A DNA stretch of 63,999 bases, filler included, from Circinaria calcarea (Eukaryota), in the NCBI GenBank assembly GCA_051942165.1. It is 17 parts of 17 records of this genome, joined end to end, with 100 filler letters (N's around TTAATTAATTAA, not from the genome) between each part and the next. Parts side by side here need not be neighbours in the genome. Positions count along the whole stretch, not along the records: positions 60,579 to 63,999 come from JAVECS010002841.1; 16 more parts are not named here. The stretch is one strand, 5' to 3'. Below, piece by piece: positions 62,962-63,999 of this stretch (positions are counted from its first letter, which is position 1; every line of letters begins with the position of its first letter). Made by a program: the position numbers and the translations under genes. Under the pieces are notes generated by a model. That model ran no database searches, was not told where the DNA came from, and saw only the letters and a list, made by a program, of their open reading frames with translations.

Positions 62962-63999
62962 ACCTAGGCAACGGGCTAAAAAGAAACGAGCAAACACTCT
63001 TGAAAAGGGCAGAAGAGTACAGTTTTGTTTTCGTGACCATGCTCCAACCACGGAACACGTGTTGAGCATGCAGTAATGTGTGGTGGCATTCATGCTATTT
63101 GTGTAACTAACTAAGCTATCTATGCTGCGAGAAAAGTGCTTTTATGAGGTGCGTAGGAAGTGTTGAGCATGGACCTCCTAAGCAACACATGCTTCGGTAA
63201 GCCCTATGACTTCCAACAACACGGATATCTGGGGGGGGGGGGAAAGGAGGCTAAAGCGAAGCAAGCAAGCAAGCAGATAGATTTCGTGGGCCTTGTTTAT
63301 ATCGATTGTTTCTTCCTAAGATACTACACCTCACTTCCTTACCTAGCAAACTCACTACATGTCACGGGAGTGCATGCATCATGAAAAATGGTAATAAGAT
63401 TGCTCGATTCTATCAATTGCCCGAAGGCAGGCTTTAAGTCCCAAAGACTTTGGTTAGCTAGCTAACCCGTTCCTTCCTTTCCCCTAACACCTAACACCAC
63501 ACGATGAATCGACTCACGAGACCGTCCTACCAAGCTGACCGCTCAGCGACTATCATGTGTATACGAGGAGGTTTCTAGAAGCCATAGAACTGTACCTTTT
63601 CGGTCGAGGCCAGGAGATACCGCCGAGAAGTTCATCAGTCGTGAATTTTGGGCTCTGTACACGTTTACGGAGTACCATTCTGGGGGCTTGTGAGGAAAAA
63701 AATCTTCGGCGTTACCATACCTAATACCTGGCAATCTAAAAAAAATATTTGCAAGGCTTCATCCCCTCTTCTCTTATAAGCCATCCTATCTCCATACATT
63801 TTTTTTCTCATCAAAGAAAAGCGTTGTTTCTTGCCCCGTTTCTACCCTTCCCTGGGAAAAAAAAAAAAAAAATGTCAGAATTAGAATCGAAATCGAACAA
63901 CTAAGTGCAACCTCCACAGGTTCCTGCGTCTTGTCCTTAGAAACCCATCAAAAGAATTCTTATCCTCGCCCTTGAATCCTTGCATGCCATAGGAGATAC

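Noticed and set aside
63543..63999. Possible terminal exons on the minus strand
   Set aside because: 63-aa ORF with no motif; splice structure cannot be resolved at the window edge.

Overview
This window is not one locus. It holds 17 unrelated contigs of about 3.7 kb, sorted by decreasing length and joined by an artificial 100-nt linker (N44-TTAATTAATTAA-N44). All readable genes are intron-containing genes of a filamentous ascomycete (short GT-AG introns, CTRAY-type branch sites). Housekeeping genes recognised from motifs: PP5/PPT1, POP8, ESS2, ARB1, LDAH-like hydrolase, MGR3-like TPR protein, HMCES/SRAP, a GH31 glucosidase, a DHA1 MFS transporter, RPC37, CLP1, GH17/BGL2, two SDRs, MRPL36, DPB4, SLD3, PNS1 and INN1/fic1. 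Accessory content: tandem F-box paralogs, three HET-domain genes (one degraded), a GT25 gene, an ankyrin/membrane protein with a recent 75-bp duplication, a 10-Cys small secreted protein, a two-domain Cys-patterned protein, repeat-rich orphans and RIP-like AT-rich relics. The best leads are an IucA/IucC-type (NIS) siderophore synthetase pseudogene with three visible lesions, the spliced 10-Cys secreted peptide, a perfect 112-bp inverted repeat at a contig end, and an SDR lacking its catalytic Lys. I saw no rRNA, tRNA or CRISPR array. I cannot support a novel multi-gene system, because gene context is limited to about 3.7 kb. All family calls come from motif recognition, not database searches.
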